Source: Candidatus Altiarchaeales archaeon
GTDB lineage: Archaea; Altiarchaeota; Altiarchaeia; IMC4; SCGC-AAA252-I15
DNA length: 64,000 bases
Direction: 5' to 3'
Assembly: GCA_014727915.1 (NCBI GenBank)
Contig: WJMO01000006.1
Location: forward strand, 256,001-320,000
The position numbers were made by a program, and so were the translations under genes. Positions within the stretch are counted from its first letter, which is position 1; the number at the start of each line of letters is the position of its first letter. The notes beneath the pieces are model-generated. The model had not been told where the DNA came from. It worked only from the letters and a program-made list of their open reading frames with translations, and ran no database searches. Below, piece after piece: positions 18,918 through 28,253 of this stretch.

Positions 18918-20036
18918 ATGAAGGTTGCACTGGTAAGCGAGTACTTTCCAATGAGCCCCGGCCGGGAGATGCGCGGGGGAGTGGAAGCCAGGACATACTT
19001 CGTGTCAAGACACCTCGCCAAACGCCATGACGTCAAAGTCTACAGCATCATGGAGGATGGGATGAGCGAGGAAAGCGAGTTCGAGGGCATGAGGGTGGCG
19101 AGGGTGAAGCCCGAAGTGTCCTATTCACAGTCGTCGTCTTTGGACAAGCGATTGATGTTCATGCGAAACGCCGCAAAGGAGATTAGGAAGGGAGGTTATG
19201 ACCTGGTGGACGGCTGCAGCGTCACAGGATACCCTCCCGCATGGTGGAGCAAGTGCAGGGGTAGGGTGATAACATACCACGACCTCTGGACAGGCAGATG
19301 GATCCAGAACATGGGTTGGAAGGGGTTGTTCGGGGAAGTGCTGGAAAGGTACGTCCTGTCAAGGAACTGGGACCACATAACGGCCGTCAGCCAGTACACC
19401 AAAGACAACCTCGTAGATTATGGGATAGACGCGGATAGGATAACCGTCGCCCACAACGGCATAGACTTGGAAGAGTACAAGAGCGTGAATTCTGAAAAAT
19501 ACGATTCGCCAACGGTCTGCGCTGTGGCCCGGATGGTGAAGTACAAGCGATTGGAAGACCTGATAAGAGCCCATTCGCTGGTGAGGGAGGAGGTAGAGGA
19601 CGCCAGGGTGAGGATAATAGGCACCGGACCCGAGAGAGAAAGGCTCGAATCATTGTCGGAATCCCTGGGAGTCTCCGACTCCGTGGAGTTCATAGGATAC
19701 GTGAGGGAGCACGCTGAAGTCCTGAAGACCATCAAGTCCTCCCATTGCCTCTGCCTGCCCAGCGCGGTGGAGGGGTTCGGCATAACCGTCGTGGAAGCCA
19801 TGGCATTGGATGTTCCTTATGTGGCGTCGGACATACCAGCGGTAAGGGAAGCCACGAGAGGCGGGGCTGGCGGATCTCTATACAAGCTGGGAGACGTTGA
19901 GGAACTGGCGGAAAAGCTGAAGGCCGCGCTAAACGGCGAGGTAAGGGGAGGGGTGAAGTTCATAGAGGAGTACGATTGGAGCAGGACGGCGGAGAAGGTG
20001 GAGGACGTCTATGAGAGAGTCGTTGAACGGAGTTGA
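18918..20036 (+). CDS. Glycosyltransferase family 4
   Basis: GGVEAR, AVSQYTK, HNGID, PSAVEGFGITVVEAMA (E-x7-E motif). Confidence 0.92.
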   Translation: MKVALVSEYFPMSPGREMRGGVEARTYFVSRHLAKRHDVKVYSIMEDGMSEESEFEGMRVARVKPEVSYSQSSSLDKRLMFMRNAAKEIRKGGYDLVDGCSVTGYPPAWWSKCRGRVITYHDLWTGRWIQNMGWKGLFGEVLERYVLSRNWDHITAVSQYTKDNLVDYGIDADRITVAHNGIDLEEYKSVNSEKYDSPTVCAVARMVKYKRLEDLIRAHSLVREEVEDARVRIIGTGPERERLESLSESLGVSDSVEFIGYVREHAEVLKTIKSSHCLCLPSAVEGFGITVVEAMALDVPYVASDIPAVREATRGGAGGSLYKLGDVEELAEKLKAALNGEVRGGVKFIEEYDWSRTAEKVEDVYERVVERS

Positions 20037-21597
20037 TAGCGGAGCCTGGATGCTAATAGCGCTTATACTTTCTTCCGCGCTCATGATACCCCAACTTGGA
20101 GACGCGTTCGGCGGATTCCACGGCATGAGCGAAGCCTACTTCACACAGCTTGGGCAGAGCCTCCTCGACAACCCGCTGAAGTATCCCACGAGGCCGGACG
20201 GGTCGGCACAGTCGGACAACATACTACTACCATACCTCCTGTACGTGAGCTTCAAGGTGTTCGGCGTGTCGGAGGCCAGCGCGCGATTTGTGGTGGTGGC
20301 GTTCACGCTCGCGGCAATCGCAGCAGTCTACCATATCTGCAAGAGGCTGTACGGTGCCAGGACGGCAGCATATGCGAGCCTCATACTGGCGGCTACTCCA
20401 ATGAATGTGCTAGTGGGTAGGAACGTCCAACCGGACACCGTATTCGTATCCCTCGGACTGTCAGCAGTCTGCCTGTTCCTCAAGGGCGGCAGACGCAACA
20501 CCATCCTGGCGGGCGCTCTCGCCTTCCTCTCCTTCCTGGCGAAGCTGCCGGGCATACTATTCACAATCGGCATAATAGCCTACGTCATATCCGAGAAGAG
20601 AAGCGACGTTCTCAACGACCCCCGGCTTAAAACTTTCCTAGTCACATCCCTCCTGATCATGATACCATACCTGGCGTACAACCTTGCCTTCCACCAGCAA
20701 GGCTTCCTGTCAGCGGTCACGTCAAGGGTGATGCTGGCAGCCTCGGAGGAGGGGAGCAACAACGGACCGGACATGATAGCCTACGAGACATTCTACGGAT
20801 TGAGCCCGCTGATAGCATTGGCATTCCTCGCCGGACTTGCATATTCCATTGCAAAGCATCGTGAAAATAACACCCTGCCCCTCATATTCTCCGCCATGTT
20901 CCTCCTGTTCTTCCTCGTCTACAACAAGCACAGCTACTACATCCTACCACTCGCGCCTTTCGCGGCGATGATAGCAGCGAATGCACTGGCGGGCATCAGG
21001 GAAAAACGTGTTGAAACCGCGCTCATGATATTGCTGGTCTTGTCCGGCGCGTTCTACAGCCTGCTGATGCTCTGCGGCAACAAGTACGGGTACAGGGAAT
21101 ACGAGAGGCTGCCGGGAATTTATGGTGAGGAGGACGCGGCCATAGCGGTGTCGGACCACATCTCCGACAACTTCATAGACCTCGTAACCTACTACAACCC
21201 CCGAGCGGAAGTGATCAGGCTGAAGAACGTAAGGGAGGGCGAGGACTGCCTTATGCCGTTGGACTACACCAGACCAACATATAACCTGCTACACCGTTCT
21301 GAACTGAGCCTGAACGCGTTGAACGAGGACATGAGAGCCCGACTGCTAGAGAGGAGCGCCGCATCCGACGTCTACGCCCTGTCATTCTTCGGCATCGTGT
21401 TCAGCGCCGAGCCAGCCAACCAGCACTTCTTCACCCACGGGAGGCTGCGGATGAACAGGGCAAAAGACGTCAGAGGAACAGGGCCGGTGAAACTCGGCGA
21501 AGCCCCCGAACTCTTCCTCGTCAAACTGAAAGAAGGAGAAAGACTCTACCGCCGCGAAGACGGAGCATACAGCATACGAGGCCGAGCAGGTTTTTAA
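20011..21597 (+). CDS. GT-C (GT39/ArnT/PMT-like) membrane glycosyltransferase
   Basis: EAYF, FKVFGVSEASAR, QPDTVF, FLAKLPG, YYILPLAPF; multiple TMs. Confidence 0.8.
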   Translation: MRESLNGVDSGAWMLIALILSSALMIPQLGDAFGGFHGMSEAYFTQLGQSLLDNPLKYPTRPDGSAQSDNILLPYLLYVSFKVFGVSEASARFVVVAFTLAAIAAVYHICKRLYGARTAAYASLILAATPMNVLVGRNVQPDTVFVSLGLSAVCLFLKGGRRNTILAGALAFLSFLAKLPGILFTIGIIAYVISEKRSDVLNDPRLKTFLVTSLLIMIPYLAYNLAFHQQGFLSAVTSRVMLAASEEGSNNGPDMIAYETFYGLSPLIALAFLAGLAYSIAKHRENNTLPLIFSAMFLLFFLVYNKHSYYILPLAPFAAMIAANALAGIREKRVETALMILLVLSGAFYSLLMLCGNKYGYREYERLPGIYGEEDAAIAVSDHISDNFIDLVTYYNPRAEVIRLKNVREGEDCLMPLDYTRPTYNLLHRSELSLNALNEDMRARLLERSAASDVYALSFFGIVFSAEPANQHFFTHGRLRMNRAKDVRGTGPVKLGEAPELFLVKLKEGERLYRREDGAYSIRGRAGF

Positions 21598-21636
21598 GGT
21601 CTCTGCGAATACTTTACCAAAAATGATATTTTTTCT

Positions 21637-22347
21637 GTGGTGATTGGATTGATTGATCGAGTTCCGAGCGGGATACCAGGCCTCGACGAACTCCTGGGAG
21701 GGGGTTTCGTCAAGCGGAGGCATATCGTCATCTGCGGGGGTCCTGGAAGCGGTAAGACGACACTTGGCTATGAGTTCCTGTACCGGGGGGCTGAAGAGTA
21801 CAATGAGAAGGGCTTGTTCGTTTCCCTTGAGCAGTCCCCGGAGAGGGTGGTGGAGGGCGCGAAGGCCCTCTTCAAGGAGTGGGACTGGGACAGCCACCTG
21901 GACAAGAACATCGTCGTGACGAGGATACAGTTGGAGGACTTCAACAACCTGAAGGACATAATAGGCAGCTATGTGAGGGAGCACGGGGTCAAGCGGGTAG
22001 TGTTGGACAGCCTCACGTTGCTGAAGCTGTACTTCAGGGGGGAGGACGCGTACAGGAACAACCTCTACGAGCTTCTGACGTTCATGGGCGACCTGGACTG
22101 CACCTCCCTGCTCACGTTGGAGAAGGAGATTAACAAGAGGAGCGAGGCCAACTACGACATGGAGGAGTTCGTGGCCGACGGGGTCATAAACATGTACCTT
22201 GTCCCCAAGGACATGGACCGGCTCAGGGTGTTGGAGATAATAAAGATGCGGGACACAGACCACAGCACCAAGCTCTGCCCGTTCAAGATAACACCCGAGG
22301 GGCTTATGATCTCGCCAAAAGCCAGGATGTTCGGCGGCATCGAGTGA
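21637..22347 (+). CDS. KaiC/RAD55-family ATPase (single domain)
   Basis: RVPSGIPGLDELLGGG, Walker A GGPGSGKT, FVSLEQ, RVVLDSLT, EFVADGVI, LEIIKMRDTDH. Confidence 0.92.
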   Translation: MVIGLIDRVPSGIPGLDELLGGGFVKRRHIVICGGPGSGKTTLGYEFLYRGAEEYNEKGLFVSLEQSPERVVEGAKALFKEWDWDSHLDKNIVVTRIQLEDFNNLKDIIGSYVREHGVKRVVLDSLTLLKLYFRGEDAYRNNLYELLTFMGDLDCTSLLTLEKEINKRSEANYDMEEFVADGVINMYLVPKDMDRLRVLEIIKMRDTDHSTKLCPFKITPEGLMISPKARMFGGIE

Positions 22348-22348
22348 T

Positions 22349-23245
22349 GTGACGATGGATCCGGGTTCTGGAGTCTACGCGTACCTTTTGAACAAGGTGA
22401 CAGGGTATTTCAGCGAGGTCAACGGCAGCCTCGCTGAGAAGGCGCTCCAGGACAGCAGGGGAATATTGGATGAAGCGAAGGTCAAGTACACCATAGACAA
22501 GGGGCTTATAACCATCACCGAATCCGAGGAGAAACACATCAATGCACTGTACGATTTCACCCTATCGGTTGCTGAGGTCTTCGAATCCAAGTACGGCGTG
22601 AACGAGGTGTGGGGTAAGCTGAAGAAGGTAATGGTCTCGGTGCTCGTGGACAACAAGACAGAAGTCAAAGAGTACTCGGTCGAGCTGCCAATAGCCAAGT
22701 ACAGGATAAGGTACATGAGACAGGACAATGTGGTCGGCTTCAGCACGGCCAAGATAATGGACAAGGACCGGTGGTTGGACGGGCAGGTGCTGGTCACAAA
22801 CCATAGGATGGTATTCCAGGAGACGAAGACCGACTATGAGGTCCCGCTCTCTGCGATAGCCACCATAGGGCGTGAGATATACCTGAAGGGGGTGAGTTCC
22901 CGGGAGCTAGGGGGCGTGATAAGGATGATAGACTTCAGGATGAAACCTGAGCTGCTCTCATGCGCCCTCTTCCTCGCCGAGAAGGAGTTCATGAGGGAGT
23001 TCATGAGGGTCGTGTCCATAGCTAGGGGAGAGTACGCGAGGTTGAACGACGTCGAGACTAGAGTGTTGCTGGCGCTATACAGGGAGGTTCCCGCCAAGGA
23101 GCTTCCCATGATATGCAACATAGGCGAGTGGGAGGCGAAAAAGTCGTTCGAGCGGATTTTGGACCTCGGGTTCGTGGACAAAGGCGGGCACCTGACTTCA
23201 TACGGGATAAACACTGCGGAAGGATACTTAAAACAGAACAGGTAA
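22349..23245 (+). CDS. CheF-like (DUF439) adaptor with an extra N-terminal helical domain
   Basis: W.DGQVLVTNHRMVF....YEVPLSAI (PH-like) and LNDVETRVLLALY..V...ELP......E....FERI.DLG.....LT..G (CheF C-terminal winged helix). Confidence 0.65.
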   Translation: MTMDPGSGVYAYLLNKVTGYFSEVNGSLAEKALQDSRGILDEAKVKYTIDKGLITITESEEKHINALYDFTLSVAEVFESKYGVNEVWGKLKKVMVSVLVDNKTEVKEYSVELPIAKYRIRYMRQDNVVGFSTAKIMDKDRWLDGQVLVTNHRMVFQETKTDYEVPLSAIATIGREIYLKGVSSRELGGVIRMIDFRMKPELLSCALFLAEKEFMREFMRVVSIARGEYARLNDVETRVLLALYREVPAKELPMICNIGEWEAKKSFERILDLGFVDKGGHLTSYGINTAEGYLKQNR

Positions 23246-23266
23246 AATGGTAAAAGCGGAGGATAT

Positions 23267-23971
23267 TTGGTTAAAATGACAGTTGATTTGGACAGGAGCA
23301 TAGTTGTGAACTTCAAGACGTACGAGCAGGCCACTGGAGCGAAAGCGGTGAAACTGGCTGGCATATGCGATGAGGTGGCGGAGGAGGCGGGAGCCAACAT
23401 AGTCGTCGCAGTGCAGGCTGTGGACATACGGGCAGTCGCCGAGGCAGTCTCGATCCCGGTGTTCGCCCAGCACATAGACCCTGTGAAGTACGGGAGCAGC
23501 ACAGGTTGGATACTCCCGGAGGCTGTATTGGAGGCAGGGGCAGTGGGGACTTTGATAAGCCACAGCGAGCACAAGCTTGCGGTATTCGACATAGAGCCCC
23601 GAGTGAACAAGGCGAGGGAGTTGGGTTTGACCAGCATAGTCTGCTCTGGCATGGAAAGCAACGAGGAAACGATCAAGGAGACCAAGGAGATAGCCGCCTT
23701 GAAGCCGGACTTCATCGCAGCCGAGCCCCCGGACCTCATAGGAGGTGACGTGTCTGTGACCACCAGGCCGGACCTAGTCAGGGGCGTGGTAGAAGCCGTC
23801 AAAGAAGTGGATCCTGACGTCAGCGTGCTTACTGGAGCCGGTGTCAAGACCGGCGACGACGTCCATGACGCGCTCGAACTAGGGACCAGGGGAGTGCTGC
23901 TCGCATCAGGGGTGACGAAAGCAGAAGACCCCAAGAAAGCGCTGATGGACCTGTGCAAAGGACTCGAATAG
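23267..23971 (+). CDS. tpiA: Triosephosphate isomerase, archaeal type
   Basis: VNFKTY, AQHID, HSEH, AEPPDLIGG, GAGV, GVLLASGVTKA. The start may be ATG 23276. Confidence 0.96.
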   Translation: MVKMTVDLDRSIVVNFKTYEQATGAKAVKLAGICDEVAEEAGANIVVAVQAVDIRAVAEAVSIPVFAQHIDPVKYGSSTGWILPEAVLEAGAVGTLISHSEHKLAVFDIEPRVNKARELGLTSIVCSGMESNEETIKETKEIAALKPDFIAAEPPDLIGGDVSVTTRPDLVRGVVEAVKEVDPDVSVLTGAGVKTGDDVHDALELGTRGVLLASGVTKAEDPKKALMDLCKGLE

Positions 23972-23974
23972 TTT

Positions 23975-24007
23975 GGGAAAAAGTATAAACTATTCATACT
24001 TTTCCCC
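23975..24007. terminator. Putative bidirectional terminator hairpin between convergent genes
   Basis: GGGAAAAAGTAT...ATACTTTTCCCC inverted repeat with an adjacent T-tract, between tpiA and the DUF460 gene. Confidence 0.45.
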
Positions 24008-24015
24008 ATTATTTT

Positions 24016-25029
24016 TTATTTTCTCTTTTTCCGGTATTCGGTGATTATGTCCTCTACCGAGGATCCAGTCTCTGAGAGCTCATGCAGTCTCTTGGCCGTT
24101 ATGTACCTGAACCCTCCGAGTTCTTCAAGCTCGCCGGACTCATAGGAGGGTATGTCGCTGTCATGCAATAGCTCCACTATCCTCTTCTTGGAGGTGAAGG
24201 CAACCTCAACCCCTTCAAGGGAGTCGGGACGATTCTCGATGAGTGTTAGACCTGCGAGCACATGGGGGTAGACGCCCACGGGAACGACGTCGCCCTGGGA
24301 GATCTTCTTCAGCAGAGCCCTGTATTTCTTCAAATCCCTGATCTGCGTCTTCAAAGAGCCGATTCTCTTCTCCACGTTCGAATCCCTCACATGAACCACC
24401 CTGCGAGAGCCTTTGGACTTATTCAACTCTGCCTTCAACTCATCCAAAAGGGAATCCCGTTCCAGTATCTCCCCCTTCAACGCCTTGACCCTCCTCTCCA
24501 GGGAGCGTATGCGCCTCTCCTCCGGGGAGGGAGTTTTAGCCCTCTCGGGTTTGGGTTTTTCGCCTTTAACCTCTTCCACAGGAGCAAACGCTTTCTTGGC
24601 GCGGCTTATGCTGTTGCCCTGGAGGACGAAATGCTTCACCCGGTCGCCGAGGCCAAGGGAGTCGATCTTCTCCAGCTTGTTCCTGTGCTTGCCATACGCA
24701 TACAATGCGGCGGCCAGGGAGTCGCGCTGATGGGAGTCGGATAGCTCATAATCCGAGGTGAGAGCCTGCTTTTCCGACACGGACAGGTCCTTCTCTGGAA
24801 CGTACATTCGAACCCCCAGGTTGGAAGCGACCTTAGAGACCATCTCAGGAGCGGGATTCACATCACAGGCAACCAGGGAGGGGGAGCCGAATCGTATGAT
24901 ATGGTTCAATATCCTGGACAATCCCATGTCCTTGCTGCTATGCACTTCGACCAGTTCGCCGCCTAGGTCCAACAGCGACACCCCGGAAGTGGTCCCAGGG
25001 TCGACGCCAACGATCAAATGCCTACTCAT
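24016..25029 (-). CDS. DUF460 domain protein (RNase H-like fold plus coiled coil)
   Basis: IVGVDPGTTSG..LDL.G, VACDVNPAPEMV, DLSVSEK, HQRDSLAAA, then a coiled coil. Confidence 0.85.
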   Translation of the reverse strand: MSRHLIVGVDPGTTSGVSLLDLGGELVEVHSSKDMGLSRILNHIIRFGSPSLVACDVNPAPEMVSKVASNLGVRMYVPEKDLSVSEKQALTSDYELSDSHQRDSLAAALYAYGKHRNKLEKIDSLGLGDRVKHFVLQGNSISRAKKAFAPVEEVKGEKPKPERAKTPSPEERRIRSLERRVKALKGEILERDSLLDELKAELNKSKGSRRVVHVRDSNVEKRIGSLKTQIRDLKKYRALLKKISQGDVVPVGVYPHVLAGLTLIENRPDSLEGVEVAFTSKKRIVELLHDSDIPSYESGELEELGGFRYITAKRLHELSETGSSVEDIITEYRKKRK

Positions 25030-26380
25030 CTACAAGTTTCCTCTGAGGGTTCTCAAGCGGGTATTCGCCCGTCAGACACGCAAGGCACAGGTCTCCCCTG
25101 CTGTGCCCTATGGCCTCCACCAGGCCGTCGACGCTCAGGTATGCGAGGGTGTCGGCGCCGATTGTCTTCCCGATCTCCTCGACGGACTTCTCCGACGCTA
25201 TGAACTCCCCGCTGGTCTGCATGTCGATGCCGTAGAGACAGGGGTTCCTTATGGGCGGGGATGCAATGCGGACGTGCACCTCCTTGGCCCCCGATTTCCT
25301 GAGGGATTCTATTATCTTCTTCAACGTGGTGCCCCGGACTATGCTGTCATCCAAAAGGACTATGCGCTTGCCCTCGACCTCCGACCTGATGGGGTTCATC
25401 TTCACCCTCACGCCAAGCTCCCTCTGCTTCTGGTCGGGTAGTATGAACGTGCGGCCAACATAGCGGTTCTTCATGAATGCCTCGCTGTAGGGTATCCCAG
25501 AGCCGTTAGCATAGCCTATGGCATGGGTTATGCCCGAGTCGGGAACGGCGCATACTATGTCGGCTTCGACCGGAGACTCCCTCGCGAGTATCCTGCCCAG
25601 GTCCCGCCTGACCTTGTATATTGGCCTCCCGTCTATCACGGAATCGGCCCTGGCGAAGTAGACGTACTCGAACATGCAATGGCATAGCCTGCCCTTCGGG
25701 CCCGAGTATGATTTCATCTGGTCCCCGAACACGACTATCTCCCCAGGCTTTACATCCCTTAAAAGCTCTGCGCCCACTGTGTCCAACGCGCAGCTCTCGG
25801 AGGCGAGATAATGGTGTTCGCCCTTCCTGCCGATGCATAGGGGGCGGACGCCGGAGGGGTCGCGGACGCCGATTACCATACCGTCATAGAGTATCGCGAG
25901 TGAATATGAACCGACAAGCTGCTTCATGGTGGCCTGGACGGCCTTTATGAAGTCACCGGTCTTGAGATGCTCTTGGGCTATCAGGTGGGCGATCAGTTCG
26001 GTGTCTGTCGTCGTTGTGAATGTGCCGCCCATCTCCTCGATCATCTTCTTGAGCCCCTCCTGGTTGACTATGTTCCCATTGTGGGCTATTGCGAAAACGC
26101 CCTTCAAGTAGTTTATCAGGAGCGGTTGGGCGTTCTCGGATTTGGAGTCTCCTGTGGTCGAGTAGCGTACATGGCCTATACCACAGTTCCCTGAGAGGTA
26201 GGCGTTGCGGAATACCTCGCTGACCAGTCCCATTCCCTTATGGATGCGGATCTTGTCGTTGCATGTGGCTATGCCAGCGGATTCCTGGCCTCTGTGCTGC
26301 ATGGCATGCAGGCCATAGTATATGGTCTCGAATACGTCCGTGTCAGATTGAAAGCCGAAAACTGCGCATTTCTCCTTCAT
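25022..26380 (-). CDS. purF: Amidophosphoribosyltransferase
   Basis: EKCAVFG (N-terminal Cys), QHRGQESAG, GHVRYST, HNGNI, CMFEYVYFAR, DDSIVRGTT, CLYGID, CLAC. Confidence 0.97.
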   Translation of the reverse strand: MKEKCAVFGFQSDTDVFETIYYGLHAMQHRGQESAGIATCNDKIRIHKGMGLVSEVFRNAYLSGNCGIGHVRYSTTGDSKSENAQPLLINYLKGVFAIAHNGNIVNQEGLKKMIEEMGGTFTTTTDTELIAHLIAQEHLKTGDFIKAVQATMKQLVGSYSLAILYDGMVIGVRDPSGVRPLCIGRKGEHHYLASESCALDTVGAELLRDVKPGEIVVFGDQMKSYSGPKGRLCHCMFEYVYFARADSVIDGRPIYKVRRDLGRILARESPVEADIVCAVPDSGITHAIGYANGSGIPYSEAFMKNRYVGRTFILPDQKQRELGVRVKMNPIRSEVEGKRIVLLDDSIVRGTTLKKIIESLRKSGAKEVHVRIASPPIRNPCLYGIDMQTSGEFIASEKSVEEIGKTIGADTLAYLSVDGLVEAIGHSRGDLCLACLTGEYPLENPQRKLVDE

Positions 26381-26429
26381 CTTCTGGAGGTAATAGTTTT
26401 TCTACAACCAGGTATAATAATATAAGCTT

Positions 26430-27584
26430 ATGGATTTCAGGAAGACCGGGCATGGAGTATGCCTCCCCGGTTTCAGGGCTGGAGGCGTGAAACGCGGCAA
26501 ATACGGGGTGGCGTTGATAGTATCGGACATCGTCTGCGAGGCAGCTGTTGTTTCAACCAGGAACAACGTAAAAGCAGCCCCCCTAAGATACAACAGCAGG
26601 ATATTGGAAAGCGGGGTGCAGGCTGTGGTGGCCAACTCCGGGAACGCCAACTGCTGTGTCCGGGAGGGAATCCGAGACGCTGAGTTGATGGCTGCTGAGG
26701 CTTCTGCGGAGTTGGGCGTCAAAGCAAGGGATGTTGCGGTGGCCTCGACCGGGATAATCGGCAGGAGGATGGACATGAAATCCGTGAAAGCCCTCATAGT
26801 AGAGGCAGCAGCCAAGATCAGTCCAACGCCCAAGGGTAGCCTCCAGGCCGCCAAGGCCATCATGACCACCGACAAGAGGATCAAGATGTACTCTGCAGAG
26901 TACAGGGGCATACGTGCGGGGGGCATATGCAAGGGCTCAGGCATGATATCACCGAACATGGCAACCATGCTGTGCTTCATCACAACCAACGCCTCATTCC
27001 CCAAGTCAAAGCTGTCGGCCGCCTTGAAAGAGGCTGTGGAGGACAGCTTCAACATGATAAGCGTTGACGGGGACATGAGCACCAACGACACCGTGCTGCT
27101 ATTGTCGAACCGGACCGAAAAGTGCAGTTACGGGGATTTCAAAGCCTTGCTGAAGCACGTTTGCGTCGAGATGGCGAAGATGATACCCCGGGACGGTGAA
27201 GGAGCCAGCAAGTTCATCGAAGTCGAGGTAAGAGGCGGCAGGTCCAATGCTGAGGCTAGGAAGGCTGTGAAGTCAGTGATCGACTCCACAATAACAAAGT
27301 GCGCTTTCTACGGTGAGAACCCCAACTGGGGCAGGATACTGTCTTCCATAGGTTCGGCTGTGAAATTCGACGAGATGAACGTGGACGTGACATTCCAATC
27401 GGGTAAGAAGTCCGCCAAGGTCTTTTCGGGGGGTAGATGCCGTCGGCTGGACAGTGCCAGGAAGATACTCGCCAACCGGAACATCCGGGTGGTTGTAGAC
27501 CTCCACAGGGGCAGGCACGGCGCCGTCGGTTGGATGTGCGACATCACCCCCGACTATGTGAGGATAAACGCGGAATACAACTGA
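26430..27584 (+). CDS. argJ: Ornithine acetyltransferase / N-acetylglutamate synthase
   Basis: NSGNANC, ASTGIIG, IMTTD, KGSGMISPNMATML (autocleavage site), VDGDMSTND, DGEGA, NWGRI. Confidence 0.96.
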   Translation: MDFRKTGHGVCLPGFRAGGVKRGKYGVALIVSDIVCEAAVVSTRNNVKAAPLRYNSRILESGVQAVVANSGNANCCVREGIRDAELMAAEASAELGVKARDVAVASTGIIGRRMDMKSVKALIVEAAAKISPTPKGSLQAAKAIMTTDKRIKMYSAEYRGIRAGGICKGSGMISPNMATMLCFITTNASFPKSKLSAALKEAVEDSFNMISVDGDMSTNDTVLLLSNRTEKCSYGDFKALLKHVCVEMAKMIPRDGEGASKFIEVEVRGGRSNAEARKAVKSVIDSTITKCAFYGENPNWGRILSSIGSAVKFDEMNVDVTFQSGKKSAKVFSGGRCRRLDSARKILANRNIRVVVDLHRGRHGAVGWMCDITPDYVRINAEYN

Positions 27585-27626
27585 AAGGTATTTATAGTAG
27601 TTAACGTTTATGTTGTTTGTTGTAAG

Positions 27627-28253
27627 ATGTATCGCATGTTCCGGAGCAGGGTGTTGGAGTATATCATATTGGCGAACGCGTTCATGTTCATCGTGAGACT
27701 GGCCGCTCCCGGTTTTGCCATAGACTATCTCGCCCTGACCCCGGCATATGTTCTGCGTATGCCATGGACGCTTTTGACGAACATGTTCATACACGCGGAC
27801 TTAATGCACATCTTCTTCAACATGTTCTTCGGCGTGTGGATGTTCGGAACATACCTGCAGAGGATAATAGGGGAGAAGGAGTTCACCAAAGTATACTTCG
27901 CGGGGGGTGTGGCTGCCGCCTTCTTCTACATATTCATGAGCCTGGCTTTCGGCATACCAGACCCGCGGACTGCGGCTGTGGGCGCCAGCGGAGCGGTCTT
28001 CGCCGTCATCGGCACGCTGGTGGTGTTGAAGCCGAACATGACCATCTACTTCAACTTCTTCTTCCCCATGCCACTGTGGGTGTTCGCCTCATTCTACTTG
28101 CTCTACAGCATCTTCGCGATCCCTGCGATGGGGGACGGCGGGGGAGTCGCTGTGACAGCTCACCTGGGAGGGCTGATAGCAGGGTTCATATTCGGGCAGA
28201 AGTACAAGAAAGGACACAGGGAGCCTGAGTACACTTACGTCAGATACTACTGA
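27627..28253 (+). CDS. Rhomboid family intramembrane serine protease
   Basis: PWTLLTNMFIH..HIFFNM, VGASGA (catalytic Ser), AHLGG (catalytic His). Confidence 0.93.
   Translation: MYRMFRSRVLEYIILANAFMFIVRLAAPGFAIDYLALTPAYVLRMPWTLLTNMFIHADLMHIFFNMFFGVWMFGTYLQRIIGEKEFTKVYFAGGVAAAFFYIFMSLAFGIPDPRTAAVGASGAVFAVIGTLVVLKPNMTIYFNFFFPMPLWVFASFYLLYSIFAIPAMGDGGGVAVTAHLGGLIAGFIFGQKYKKGHREPEYTYVRYY

Noticed and set aside
17154-22347. Circadian clock (kaiABC)
   Set aside because: Both ATPases are single-domain, lack the adjacent Ser-Thr phosphosite pair, and no kaiA or kaiB is present.
22834-24009. 391-aa minus-strand ORF
   Set aside because: Ser/Thr-rich antisense shadow of tpiA and the CheF-like gene.
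24016-25029. DUF460 RNase H-like protein as a transposase or mobile element
   Set aside because: No terminal repeats or target duplications; it overlaps purF like a resident gene and is a widespread archaeal family.
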